From Geosiphon pyriformis uo1 (lineage: Eukaryota > Fungi > Glomeromycota), in NCBI GenBank assembly GCA_016748015.1, contig JAAOMT010000352.1, forward strand, positions 372,001 to 436,000: 64,000 nt of DNA, given 5' to 3'. The notes under the pieces are model-generated. The model worked only from the letters and a program-made list of their open reading frames with translations, made no database searches and was not told where the DNA came from. This document shows positions 1 through 13,300 of the stretch, one piece after another; the first letter of the stretch is position 1; each line of letters begins with the position of its first letter. Made by a program: the position numbers and the translations under genes.

Positions 1-82
1 AATAAAATTCGACAAGAATTGATTATTATCAATTGGAGCGTAATAAAATAACACTGGCTTTGAAAAATTTGAAAACACTCAC

Positions 83-413
83 AAGGTGGCACATAGTCTC
101 CTAATTCGACAGGGACGTTGTGTTGAAGTTTAAGCTTGTAGATTGCTTTCAATATCGATACTCTTTGCCCCACAGATCGAACCCCAATGTCTTTAAGTGC
201 TTCGTGGTCAAGTCGTACCAGTATTGCTCCGCTGATGCCGTTTTCTAAGAGTTAAAGTAGTGGATTAATTAGAATTTTCAGCGGAAAAAAACCTCAAAAA
301 GTTTTATTCAAACCTTTTATCTGAGACTCGTAGGAAGGATAACCGATGGTCGCAAGCCATGTGTGTACTTTATTGACATCCCAATCGTTTACAGACTCCT
401 GTATTCGCTCCAT
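83..413 (-). CDS. STE50: SAM-domain MAPK adaptor, Ste50/Ubc2-like; 5' part only, gene continues past window start
   Basis: Exons 413-314 and 244-83, GT-AG intron 313-245, next donor GTGAGT at 82. Translation MERIQESVNDWDVNKVHTWLATIGYPSYESQIKENGISGAILVRLDHEALKDIGVRSVGQRVSILKAIYKLKLQHNVPVELGDYVPP is a SAM domain with the Ste50-type LKAIYxLK...YxPP tail. An upstream exon is possible. Confidence 0.75.
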
Positions 414-637
414 GTAAGAATTGGGTGGATGGAAGAGTGAACTAGAGGTGAGTTTCGACAGTTAATTAGAAAATCATAATATAAGCGACCTGCGGCTATT
501 GAGAAACCCCTGAATACAATCCTGGTAACAATGTTTGTTGGCTTTGAAAACCGGGATCACAGAAGTCTCCAGTAATTGGTTAAATCTTACTGTATATAAA
601 TTTTTTATTATAAAACTTTTAATCTTTTCTTTTCTAC

Positions 638-2098
638 GTGTCTACCCTTGACTTTTCCCAAACAGATACAACAATGGAATTCTTTAGAAAGTCTGCTGTT
701 GATGACTGGATTTGCCAAGGAAATTTTGGATTGGATAACAGCCATAAATGGTGCTTATCAAGTGGTAAGATAGTTGAGGATGCCATGTATGAGTTCGGGT
801 GTCCATGCACACATGAACAGTAAGTCATATCATTGATTATATGGTATGCTCGTTTCAAATATTATGGGCATTTCTCATATTTTATTTTATAAGCTTATGT
901 CACAGCTTTGTGCTGGATCCCCAAGACACCACCTATGAGATTGAAGGCATCTTCACAAAGGCTGAGTTATGAGATCTTCGCGTACAAGAAATGTGACTTA
1001 CCGAACATGCCTTCAGATCTTCCAGAATACTTAATGACATTCGCGAAGGTATGTACTTATGAATTTAATTTACGTGGTAAATCCTCCGTATTTCTTATGC
1101 TAATTAACGATAAACAGAGCACCATCCACGAGCTTCGGCGGCCTTGGAGACGCCAATAGGATCAGCCGACGGTTTCTTTCTTCGTGAGGTGCATCATGAC
1201 TTCGATTGGTTGCATCAAGCGATCCATTCTCTGTGAGTAACAATGAATAAGATCAGATCTGCATCTTCAATTCTTGACATTTGAATACTGCTTGTTACCA
1301 ACCATAGTGTACGGGAATACGAGAGTGGCGCCTTGAATGATGATCACCATGAGCAATGGTTCAATGTGCACGTTTGGGATCCAATCGTCGACCAGTGTTT
1401 TTCGGAGGCCAAAAAGGAGATATAATCTTACGAACAACAGAGTTTAGAGGCGCTGAGGCAGGAAGGTTTTACAAGTCAGAACAGGGGACGAAGTGGATGG
1501 TAGAGAGTAGCCTCAAACTCCCCAAAATGCTGAAAGACATGTTGATGCAGTTGGGGAGCGAGGTTGGCTGGTCGTGCGCAATTCTTCGGGAGTTGAAAAC
1601 AGTCGGATTTATACATGGTGGTAAGCTCTTTAACAGTGGCTACGATTACTGTTTTTTTTTGTCTGTTTACATAAGTTCTACCTTATCCTAAGGTCGTAAC
1701 CAGATGGTAGTAGAATTAGATTGCCCAAAGGGATATGTCTGTCGTGTGCGCTGAGGGAACATCTACAAAGTTGCGAACAGTGCGATCAGGCACATGAATC
1801 AGACGTTACCACTGTTGGCTGTTACGTGGAAAGTGAAGGTATTTCTATGTGAAATAGTCATGTCTATGTTGATGCCATTACTTTATAACATAGGCTTGGA
1901 ATGTTCCAACAGGCGGCTGTCAAGGAATGTATCCAGAAGGTGTTAATGCATGTTAGCAATGAAGAAGCTACAGGTGAAGTTCTCAAGTTAGCGATGAATG
2001 CTGGTACAGGTCATAAGGGCCTGGAAGACATAATACGAATCCCACAATGCTTCTCAACACCCACGAGCAAAACAAAGCGTTTCAAAAATCTGGATTAA
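638..2098 (+). pseudogene. Intron-containing pseudogene of an expanded early-diverging-fungal family (probable PD-(D/E)XK-like C-terminal domain)
   Basis: Exon pieces KWCLSSGKIVEDAMYEFG, DPQDTTYEIEGIFTKAEL, DFDWLHQAIHS, KGDIILRTTEFRGAEAGR, KLPKMLKDML, TVGFIHG. Frameshift near 1140, frame jump or deletion near 1405, in-frame TGA at about 1752. Confidence 0.6.
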
Positions 2099-2965
2099 TA
2101 GCCGGAGAGTTGGTGTCAGAAGTTAGAATTGGAAGTTTGTGCGACATGGATTAAAGTAAACTATACCGGAAGTAAGATTTTTAACTCATTTTTTTGATAA
2201 TATATTAATATAAAACTCAAATCAATAAAAAAATTTATTTAGTATTGGAATTATAATACACTTATTTGTTAATATATTAAATTATTTATTAAAAAATTAT
2301 TTACTTTTTTGAGTTTATAATAAAATATAAAAAATATCGTCTTAAATTATGCCAAAGTTTATAAATTGGTAATCTAATTGGAAATATTAATTAAATTACT
2401 TAAATTATTATTTTGTATTAATAAAAATAAGTTACAAATTATAATATCAACTAATTTTACAATTATAAATTATAAATTTCTAAAAGAAAATTTATTAATA
2501 TTACTGTTTATTATAATTATAATGAAGTTTTTTTTTTATTTTAATATATATAAAATTTTTTTTTGGTATTAAACAAAGCAATACATAAATTAATTAATTA
2601 TATTATAAACAAAAATAAAAAGGTCTTAATAATACATTTAATTTATTTTTAATAAAATTAAATAATTAAAAATATTTGTAATAATTATAATAAACAAAAC
2701 AAAAATAATATTACAATTTAATTTAGTAAATTTTATAATTTCAAGATATTAAAATTAAATATAATAAAAAAACAATAATAAATTGTGTTAATTACTTTGA
2801 AAATAATTTAATGTAGTAAATTTAATATTATTGACAATTTAAAAACTTGTTTGCAAACTGGTAAAATAAAAGTTGTTAATTATTATTTGTTTTTAATCAA
2901 GTGCGTTTAATCAAACATTTTCCTGTTTCTAAAAAGCCAGCTCTTTTTTTATTTCGCTTTTCTTC

Positions 2966-4791
2966 ATGTCAAAAAAGGTTTTGGGAAATTCACCTGTTTC
3001 GGAATCGGGATTCCCCAAGGTGCTTGAGGAGTTCAGGTATAAATATAACGAAAATGGTGAATTGAGACACATTGAAACAGGTAAGCTTTCTTTTATTAAT
3101 TAAATCTGTTCTTTTTGAACACAGATTTGTCATATTTAATACACATCGAGTTGTTTAAATAGATGAGAGGTTTATTTTCTACGTGAAGCCTGACGATTTT
3201 CATTATAACCAAAGCCATTATGAGGCTTTGGGTGGCAAGTTTATGAAATGTGTTATTTCAAGCAATTCAAAAAGCATTACTCATTAATTTTTCATCTTAG
3301 AGGCCGTCGGGAAATACATTGAAGAGCAACTTGTTTCATCGTATAAGCTGATCAAAAAGGACATTCCTCTAGATTCAACCCAACCTAAGAGTAGAATATA
3401 TTGCAGGTTGTTTTTTTATCTTTTTTCTTTCTTCGAAATAATTTTGTTTATTAAACCATTGAATTTTGAATTAAATTTACTTTATCAAAGTGATGATTAT
3501 GATACATGCTCTACACTTCTCTTACTTATGCAAGGAAGTGGGGTAGTGCGCCCTGGACAATGGGCACGGCAAGGTAAAACCATTTGCTTTCTCTACATTT
3601 ATGTACCTTGACATTACTCTTTGTATCCTTCTAGTCGTCATTAACGAAAGCCTTGAGGTAAAATTGTGGTGTTAGCTTATACCACTAGATCCCCATTATT
3701 AATTTCCTATTAAAAACAGCTAGGATCCATGTTTCCTTATATAAAGAAGGCAAGAGAATTAGGATGGGGCGTTTTAATATTTAATCCTAATGAAAATTTT
3801 GGAGATGTAATAAAAGATGGTGAGGTAAGCTGAAATAAAAATCTTCACTTGTTTATTTTAGATTATAAATCTATTATAATATCGTTTACTAGATTGTAGA
3901 CCAACGTCCAATAAAAGGGTCTGAATCTCCCCTGCAGCATACTCTGTATGTTTGGGATAACTTTATAAGGTTCTTGCGATTATAAGCGTGTATTTTATTA
4001 CGGCTTTCCTTGAATGCCTTCACAATAAAGAGTTCAATTTCTAGGAGCGTTAAATCAGATCACATCTTAATGGTGTCTCATAGCTTTGGGGGTATTAGCA
4101 CCACGGCTTTGTTAGATCGAAGGGGTAATTGGAGAAATTATAAATCCTTCTTTTGCAGCTCACTAATTCCGCCTTCTCTGTACGGTAGAAAAGGAATTTA
4201 AATCTCTAGTGAAAAGGGTGGCATTTACAGATACTGTTCATAGCGCCGGTAATATCCCCACTCACTCCAAAGATTGGTTTATGGAAAACACCAAGAATTG
4301 GATCAAGTCTGAACGACCTCTAGACACTCCTGTGCAAGATGCAAACGGTTACTTTGGTTGCCGCTGTATATCGGCAGGTACGACCTTTCCGTATCTCGAA
4401 AGGTTAAAACTAAATTTAACAAATCCGACTTTGTTTACCAATAGGGCACCCCAAGCACGAGTATACTTCTGGTACTGCCATTGAGTCCGTGTTTGAATTT
4501 TTGAAAGGTAAACTAGAAAACGAGACTATTGAGCCGGACATTTCTCAAGCTCAACAGACAGAAACACAGGTAATGGAATCAGAGTCTTTACAAAAATCAA
4601 ATATGGATGACTCTCAGCAAACAAACCCAGCCGTATTGCAAGGGCAACTTGAAAATGACGTAATACATGAGCAAGAAACATCAGAAATTCATCAATATGG
4701 CAATAATGGTTCGGAACACTCGGATGGATTTGGAACCACCCAACCAAGTAGTTCAGGAACTGAAGACAACAAGATCAAAAATGCTTTATGA
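2966..4791 (+). CDS. FAM172A: FAM172A/ARB2A-like Arb2-domain alpha/beta-hydrolase-fold protein, multi-exon
   Basis: Spliced translation has YKYNENGELRHIET, YNQSHYEALGE, LLLLMQGSGVVRPGQWARQ, GSMFPYIKKA, IFNPN, GSESPLQHTLYVWDNF, VSHSFGG, VAFTDTVH, ISAGHPKHEYTS, then an acidic low-complexity tail to TGA at 4791. Confidence 0.9.
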
Positions 4792-5242
4792 AGCTAGAAA
4801 AGGAGTTTACATCTCTGAGTCGAAAAATCAGTACAGCTAACCCTTCATCCACGTATAAAAAGATGGTATTGAGAATTCGTTAGACAAAGATCTGAACGAT
4901 AGATAGTATTATTTGTTTGAAAAATAATCAGAAGGAAAAGATGAATTGGAAAATTTTTTGGACAAGTGAGTCTTATACCTTGCCTGCAATTATTTTTATA
5001 GTAAAAAGGAATTTAATAGTGATCCGAAGTTGAATTGACCTATCGCCTCAAGTAAATTTGGCCAAGATGAAAATATCCTCTCCAGGGAATCGCTTGGGTG
5101 GCGAAAAATTTGTATATAACCTAACCCATGGTCAAAGAAAATCCCCGTTTTCTTATAAATTCAAAAGCAGAAAATGAACATTTTTCAAAAGAACCCTAAG
5201 CGTACCTATTTTCCAAATAATTTCCACATGGAAACTTGGTCA

Positions 5243-7017
5243 TCAGAAAAGTCTAGAATTTTGAACTGAATTTCTGATCATATCAGGTTCTTATGGAAGT
5301 TGAGAGCAAATTATCAATGAAGAATTAGGCTTTTGTTAAACTTACCTTTCAAATAAGGTGTGGAATACTGGACCAATTTCAGGGATCATATCGGAAGTTT
5401 GGACAGAACGGCCGAATTTTAGACCAGCATTTCGTGCACAATCGCGTACTGTTAAACAACCAGCATAGCTAGCTAGAATTGGAACATCTGAACCCGAGAC
5501 TGTTTGGTCATGCCTTTCAGGGGATCAGAAAAATTATCAAAAAGTAATGTTATAAATGAAATAAGCTTTCACTTACTGCCACAAATTTTTCTGATAAGCT
5601 GTTCCCCAAGCTAGAAATGTTGCAATAACCCCTGTTAAAATATCACCTTGACCACCACATCGTTTTAATCCGCCAGGAGAATCACATTTGTAAACTTAAG
5701 CAGTATAACAAAAAAATTCAAACAAGTTTAATATATATACTTCTTTGCAAAAATCAAGGATAAACTCACTCGTCTCGCCATTAGAAATTAAATCATATTG
5801 GCCTTTTCGAACGATGGTCACTCCACCATAAGCTTTGCTCAATTCTTTAACTATATCATCTTTGTTATATTCCTCGTGGCGAATTTTCTAACTCGAAATA
5901 AAAAACAAATGAACTAGAACTTAGGAATAAAAAATAACAAAAGCTCTTACCATGGATTCACAAAGCCGTTGAAACTCCTTGATATTTGGCGTTAAGATCG
6001 CTTTCTTGTAGTTTTTCACGATTTCAGAATGATTTTGTACTAGAAATAGTCCATCCTAATATTTTTCGATGTTAATCAGCACATGAACATGCATCAAAGT
6101 TTCAAAGTCTAAATTCGATCGACATACAGCATCAATGACTACGGGCAAACCCTGCTCTTTAGCCTTCAAAAGAATCCATTTGGCACTTTCTTGCATCGTT
6201 TGATCCCTTGATAGACCGGGACCGACGACTAAAACATGTAAACGCGAAAATATTTCAGCGACTTTTTGGGCTATCTCTTGTGGTGTCTGCGTAGGATTCT
6301 TTCTAAGAACCCAGATATATTTAATGGGTTAATTTTCCTCTTTATAGTGATTTTTAGAAGGTTTGAAATGTCAAATGTTACTAACCCCGAGTTAAGCATA
6401 TGTGGGACTACCATGAGGTCTAATAATTTGATTTTTTGTAATTCAGTCTTTTTATACAAAGAATTGATTTGACTCCAACAGTAAAAACACTTACCTGGTG
6501 AATAGCTCTTAATTTTGGAATTATCATATTTTGTCATGAAATATAAATATAAAATTAAAAGTTTCAACAAAAATTTTCTACCTTGATCGCAACTGCAGCT
6601 TCTGGTACACAAACTACATAACCCATATCTGCACCCTGTGTCTCGGACAAATTATGTTGAAATCAGTTAGGCTTTGAAAATCTTTTGTAAAAAAGCATTC
6701 CTTTTCAGCATAACCAAACATATTTACGGTTTTCAAGGCAGCAATCGCGCTAAAGTAAGGCGCGCCAGTGTATCTTAATGAAGGTTGAGTTAAAAATTTA
6801 GAGTGAAAAATTGAAATAAAAGATGTAAATTCAGACATACTCCTCTGAGCCACCAATTATTCCAATTCTACCTGAAATGAAAGATGAAGGGTTTGACCTC
6901 AGTAAAGGATGAAGAAGACTTTTGAAACTAACCTGCTTGGCCCTTGTGTAAATCAGGCGAAAGAGGAGGAACGAGCTGGCGCAAAGCCTGAAGTGAGGGT
7001 TTGGAGCTGTTTGCCAT
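5243..7017 (-). CDS. NAXD: ATP-dependent (S)-NAD(P)H-hydrate dehydratase (YjeF C-terminal/ribokinase-like), multi-exon
   Basis: [110 protein letters not shown] introns; last exon inferred. Confidence 0.93.
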
Positions 7018-7444
7018 TATAGAAATGAATCGAAAAGGTAGGGACATTTAATGTGTCAAGCTAAACTAGAAAGATAAATCATTTTTTTGTGAGCCAATAA
7101 AAAATTTCAACAGTTGAATAATATTTTAAGGATGAATCTAACTATCTCGGAAAATTAGTTCGGCTAGGGCCGGAAATTGCAGAATTTTATTTGATTGGTT
7201 ATTAAAAAAACGTGATACATAATAATTTTGATTGGGCGAAAAAGTAATAATCACATGTTTAATGTAATTTTTATCAGTTACCTGGATATGTAAAATAATA
7301 AGTTGGGTAATTAAATAAAGAAAATGTATGAATAAAAAACGTGTAAATACTTAGCATTTTGACAAGTTGTGCTATTATGCTCGGGTTAACTACATCTATC
7401 ACAGGTGTATGTACATAATTTTCTTTTTTTTGGTAATAAATTTA

Positions 7445-7724
7445 GGGAATTACTGAATCGACCCACCCGCAACACGTGATATCATTTACGTCATACCGAA
7501 TATTATGGTTGTCCACAACCAAGTGTTTTTTAATTATAAAACACTATAAATTACTTAAGGCATAATAAAAAATTAAATATATAATCTATATTCAATTTTA
7601 TATAAGAAAAAGTTATTTTTTATTTTAATTAAACTAATATTTATTAGAATTACTAATAAATAAATATTAAAATTCTATATATATTAATATCACGTGTTGC
7701 GAGTGGGTCGATTTAGCAATTCCC
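7445..7724. mobile_element. MITE / non-autonomous DNA transposon (Merlin- or MULE-like)
   Basis: About 38-bp imperfect TIRs, GGGAATTACTGAATCGACCCACCCGCAACACGTGATAT and its near reverse complement ending at 7724. Flanked by the 8-bp direct repeat TAAATTTA (7437-7444, 7725-7732). Confidence 0.8.
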
Positions 7725-9099
7725 TAAATTTAAAACATTTGGTTTTTGAACATTTTTTTTGTCATAAAACTAATGGTTCAGATTCATTTTTTTTGTTTGC
7801 ATCATTGATTCGAATTTTAAAATTTTCAATTTTACATTAACTTAATAAACATAACTGCTATTTTTTTATGCTAATTAATAAACTTTTTTAATCATAACAA
7901 TATTTTATTATGATTATTATAATTAACAACAAATTAGATGGTATTTTGTATCAGTTTTCACACTTCTTTATATTTAACTTTTCATTATGCTATATAACAT
8001 AAAATACATATAATGAATTTGTATATAGTTAAGAAATTTAACATTAGTATTTTATTTAAATAATTGTTTGTTAATTTTTGATTTGCAAAACAATAAATAT
8101 TTAAAATTATATTATTGTTTTTTTGCTTATTATTATATTACCAAATAAGTATTATTTGAATATAAAATTCTGTAATTTTTAAGTATATTATTATTTGAAA
8201 TAATAACAATAAATAATGTTATAAAATATATTAAATATACATAAACAAAAATAAGAAATAAAATTAATTACTATTATAAAATACAAATATGTATTTTTAA
8301 ATTATATATTTTTAATTTTTCAAAATTCTTAAACATTTTTTTTGCCAACTTTAACAATTATTAATTTTAAAAAATTTGTTTAATATTATATAATTCTTAA
8401 AAAATTCATTTGTTATATCAATATTAAAATTTTAAAGATAATAAAATATTAGATTTATTTAAATAACTTTAAATATTTGTATTAAATTTTATTTATCTTG
8501 GCATAATTATTTATAATATCTATTTAATTTGTAACAAAATACAAATATTGTGTTATTTTTAACTATTTTACAAATAATATATAAAAAATAAAATATTTAG
8601 TTATTTGTTTATTAATTTTTAAAAAAATTAGTTTAATATTCAAAAAAACAATTATATTAAACTTTATTTTGAAGTTTTAAATCTAATATATTAGTAAATT
8701 TACATAAATTACTATTTATTAATATATACTTAATAATATAATTAAGATTTTTTTATTATTATAATATTATAACAAAGTATATTTAAAAACTATTTAATAT
8801 AATATATTAAATTAAGTAATTTAAATTAGATATTAATCATATATTTTTTATATGTAACCAATTATCCAAGTTAATTAAAACATTAATTAAGTTAAACCAA
8901 AAGAAGCTAAAAGTAAATTTTGCTTACTAAGTTTTTTAATAATACTATTTAAAATCAAAAATAAACTCATTTAAAAACAGTCTAATTTTTTTAATACTAT
9001 TCTTAACTTTAATATTACATATTTATTACAAAATAATCATATAATTATATGCTTTTTTACTTAAAAAACTTTAATAGTACTTAAATTATTATTATTCAT

Positions 9100-10080
9100 A
9101 TTATTAAATTTATTTTTAGCTTTAAGACTAACAAAGTCTTTAAATATATTAGCCAAAAAAAAACAAAGCTTTAAAAGATATTAAGTATAGTAAACAGATT
9201 TTTTTTAACTTTGTAATTTCTGTACATATTCTCAAATACAAATAAAGTTACTAAAGCAATTAAGAAACCAATAAGTTTAACAATAGATTTTATTAAAATG
9301 ATTAAACACAAAATTTGAGAATTTAATGAGTTTAATTTAGATTTAACAGCAAAATTAATAATAAGAACAACAAAAAAAACAGCAAAAAAAAGAATTAAAA
9401 AAACAGAAATTATAGCATAAGATTTATTATTAACAACAAATAATACAAAAAACTAAAAACCAATAATAAATTTAGAAAACAACTTAATAGAAAGAAATAA
9501 AAACATCTTATAATCAATAAACAAGTAATTCAAATTTTAATATTTGTAATAATAATAATATCCAAAAGTTTTTTATTATATATAATATTTATATAAGTAT
9601 TAGTTTTTATTATAACAAGTTTCAATATTTTTTAAGACTTAAAAATAATAACAGCAAAATATTAATGATAATAAAAATCCAAAAAATAAAAAATAAAACA
9701 AGTATAATTATTAATCTAAAAAATTATATTATTAATTTTAAAAAACAATACAGCTAAAAAAAGATTAATCAATTTGGTCTTAAAAAAATTTCTTGAAATA
9801 ATGATTTTTTTTTAATTAAGAAAAAAAAATTCAAATATTGTCTTTTTTTATTAACATAAACCAATTATTAAGAACAATAATAGCAAAAAATAAATTCTTA
9901 AAATTAACAATAGCATATTGTTATAAACTAGTAAGCTTTAATTTAACAAAAGTAATAATACTAAAAAAACCAAGAACATTTTTAATATTATTAGAAAATA
10001 TACTAATTAGAATATTATAAAATACAATAAACATAGAAAATATTTTTTGATAAATTATCATATTGTTATAAGTTGAATTA
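9100..10080 (-). pseudogene. Heavily eroded LINE ORF1 (RRM-like) relic
   Basis: Minus strand around 9830-9990 reads ..VLGFFSIITFVKLK..L*QYAIVNFK..NNWFMLIKKDNI.., resembling the LINE ORF1 segment at 16340-16480. Confidence 0.4.
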
Positions 10081-10358
10081 ACAAACTAACAGATAACAAA
10101 AGAGAACAGAATTATATAGTAATAAAATAGATCAAAGAAGAATTCAACTTCAAAAAATGAATTAAATAAGTATAAATTTAATATATATAATTAGTTTTAT
10201 AAAAATCTTAGTTACTAATCTTAGTTACTAATCTTTTCAAAAGATAATTAGAGTATTTAAAAGTAAAGAAATAGTCCATACTATTAACAAATAATAATAC
10301 ACTAGTATAATTTTATGTTTTATATTGGTGTACTTAGAATTTAATATCAGGTATCAAA

Positions 10359-13300
10359 TGTGTTTTTTAATCACGTTTTATTTAATAATCTTCAAATATT
10401 ACAATTATACAATTCAGGAAAAGAGTAGATAAATGCCAACAAGTAATTTTTTATTTAAGATGTTTAAATATTTAAAGATAAAAAAAAGGAATAAGCAATA
10501 GATAAAGAATTAAGATAATAATTATTATTTTATTTATTTTTGATTAATTGCTACATGTTTTTCTATAGCTGAGAAATTTATCACTTATATAGCTATTAAA
10601 AATAATCAAAAACCAGATTAATGATCAAGTTAATAATCAAATTAATAATTAGATCAATAATTAGGTCAATAATTAGGTCAATAATTAAATCAATAATCAA
10701 ATTAATAATCAAATTAATAATTAGGTTAACAATTAAATTATTGATTATTATCTATAAATATGGTAGTTAATTATGTGACATCAATGGCTAATACATATAA
10801 TAATTAATAAAAACTATAGGTTTTAATCATAACATTATTTTTTTTAAAGAGATTAAGCTTTAGTAAAATCAAGCTATTTATGAAATATTCTATTTGATGT
10901 ATTTTATCTAACTTAAAGCTAACAAATTTGTTGAAGTTTTTTGTAGATAAAATATATAATATCTAAGATGAAATAAGTTTTGTATTCAAGAAGCTAAATT
11001 TTTATATAAGAGTTTTGGTTCTTTTAGCAATGATTAAAACTCTTGAAACATTTAATTATATAATATTCAGAATTTTTATTTGTATTTTTGAAGTTGTTTT
11101 CTTTATGAGCTTTATGTTTTCTATGATTTTATCAAGTCAACTATAAAGCTCTAATTGTTTTTCATATAACAGATTTTTGTCTATAGGCAAAAATTTTTTA
11201 TTTGTTTTTTCAAGTATATTGAAAGATAATAGTATGTTTATTATGCTTTCAAGCATATATTTATTTATTTTACTACCAATTTTTTCTCTTTTGGTAGTGG
11301 TTTTCTTTGGTTTAATAACAGTATATATTTTACTATTATCAGTTATAATAGTTTGTTTTTGAATAATTAAAATAGCATTTAGATAATTTTTGATCCAATA
11401 CTTATAAAGAGTATAAAAACTGGTTTGAATTTTTTAATTTAAGAAATAATTATTTATGTTAATTAAAGATATTTTTGTTTTGGAAATAGTGCATTTATTT
11501 ATATCTGATTTTTGTTGATTAATTGAGTTGGTATTATCACAACAGATAACCAATCAGACTGTTTGTAATATTTTTTGAGTCATATATTATAAACAAAATG
11601 ATTATTGAAAGTTGTTCTATATTAATTTTGTAAGATATAAAAACCATTGTTCAAAATTTTGTTGACCATAAAAAGTTCTTTCTACTGGCTAAAAAATTTA
11701 TTACCATAGATATTGTCTTTGTTTGAACAGTATTCTAAAACTAAGTCATCAATACTTAAAGAAAAGTTTTTTTTTAAGCTTTTTTTAAAACTGTTTTATT
11801 TTTTTAAAGACAATTATTTGTGCTTCTATTAATAAGTTAAAAATAGTACCAAGTCTTCTTTGCAAAATGTTTTTATAATTTCTTATTGTAGTTTCTTTAA
11901 AAGATATTGTCTCAATGTTAATTTTTATTAATAATATTGCTATTTGTCCATAGAATAGATAAAAGAATTTATAACTTGTTATGTCATAATTCACAGTTCT
12001 ATAAGCAAATAAAGCTAAAAACAGTACTTTGTTTTATAAGTTTGTTTTTTTACTGGTTTTGGTTAGAGTTTTATATAGTGTTTTATTAAAAGATTCTACT
12101 AGATTATTTGTTTAAGAGTAATAAAAAGAAGAAAATTTGTGACATATTTACATTTTTTTACAAAGTTTTTCAACCAATATACTAAAAAAAGCTTTTTTTT
12201 TATCAAATAAAAGTTCTTTGAAACAGTTATAATAACAAATGATATTTTTATAAATAATATTAACAATAGAAACTGCTGTTTAATTTGAGGTAGCTTTTAT
12301 TTTTATTTACTTTATAAGATAGTTAGTAACTGTAATAATATTTATTGTTATCAAAAATTATGATTAAAAATTCAACAATATCTATATCAATTCTGTTAAA
12401 TAATTGACTAATAAAGATTAGATAAATGTTTTCTTTGTGATTGAGTTTTTTTTCTTTAACAAATATTACAAATTTTGATATATTCAGCAATATCTTTTTT
12501 TAAGATAAATTAATAATAGCAAACAAGTGTTTTCTGAATTGTTTTAGTTTTTTCAAAGTATCTAGTTAATGAATCAGTGTGTATATTATAGATTACAATT
12601 TCTTTTTTTCAAATCTAATAACTCTTTGAAGGCAGTTAGAATCTTTTTTGTTTTTTTTTGTAAAGTTGGTTTTGGCAAATCAAATAAAAATTTGATTGTT
12701 TTTACAAATGTTTTTTTTGCTGTTAAGTATAATTCAATAGATATTGTTTTTTACTCAAAAATTCTATTAAAATAAAATAGTTGTCCAAGTTTATTATTAT
12801 GTTTGTTTGTAAGGAAATTACTAATAATTAAGTTGGTATAATTTGTAAGGGTTGTATTATTACTAAATAGTAAGTCTAAAAAGAGTATTAGTATTTTGAT
12901 GATAAGCTTTTTTGCAATATTGTATATTATAGTTAAATTCATCTAAATGGAGTATTTAGTGAGTTATTTAGTTTTTTTTTCTTCTTTGGTTAAATCAAGA
13001 CTTGATAATTTGTTATTACCAGAAATTTGGCACCAAAAAAATATTTATCTTAATAATTAGTAGCTCATACTATTGTTAGACATTTTTGTTTAATAATTAA
13101 GTAGTTTTGTTTTGTTAGAGAAAGTAATTAGCTGGTATAAACTATAATATATTTTTTGTTATCTTTGTCTTTTTAGAAGAAAACAGCACTAAATTCAATG
13201 CTAAATACATTAGTATAAAGAATAAAAGATTGGTTTAGATTAGATTGTATAAATATAAGTTTAGTAACTAGTTTTTCAAGATTTTAAAGACTTTTTGCTA

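Noticed and set aside
7750-9050. Genes or organellar insertion in extremely AT-rich DNA
   Set aside because: No recognisable motifs; best explained as terminally eroded repeats.
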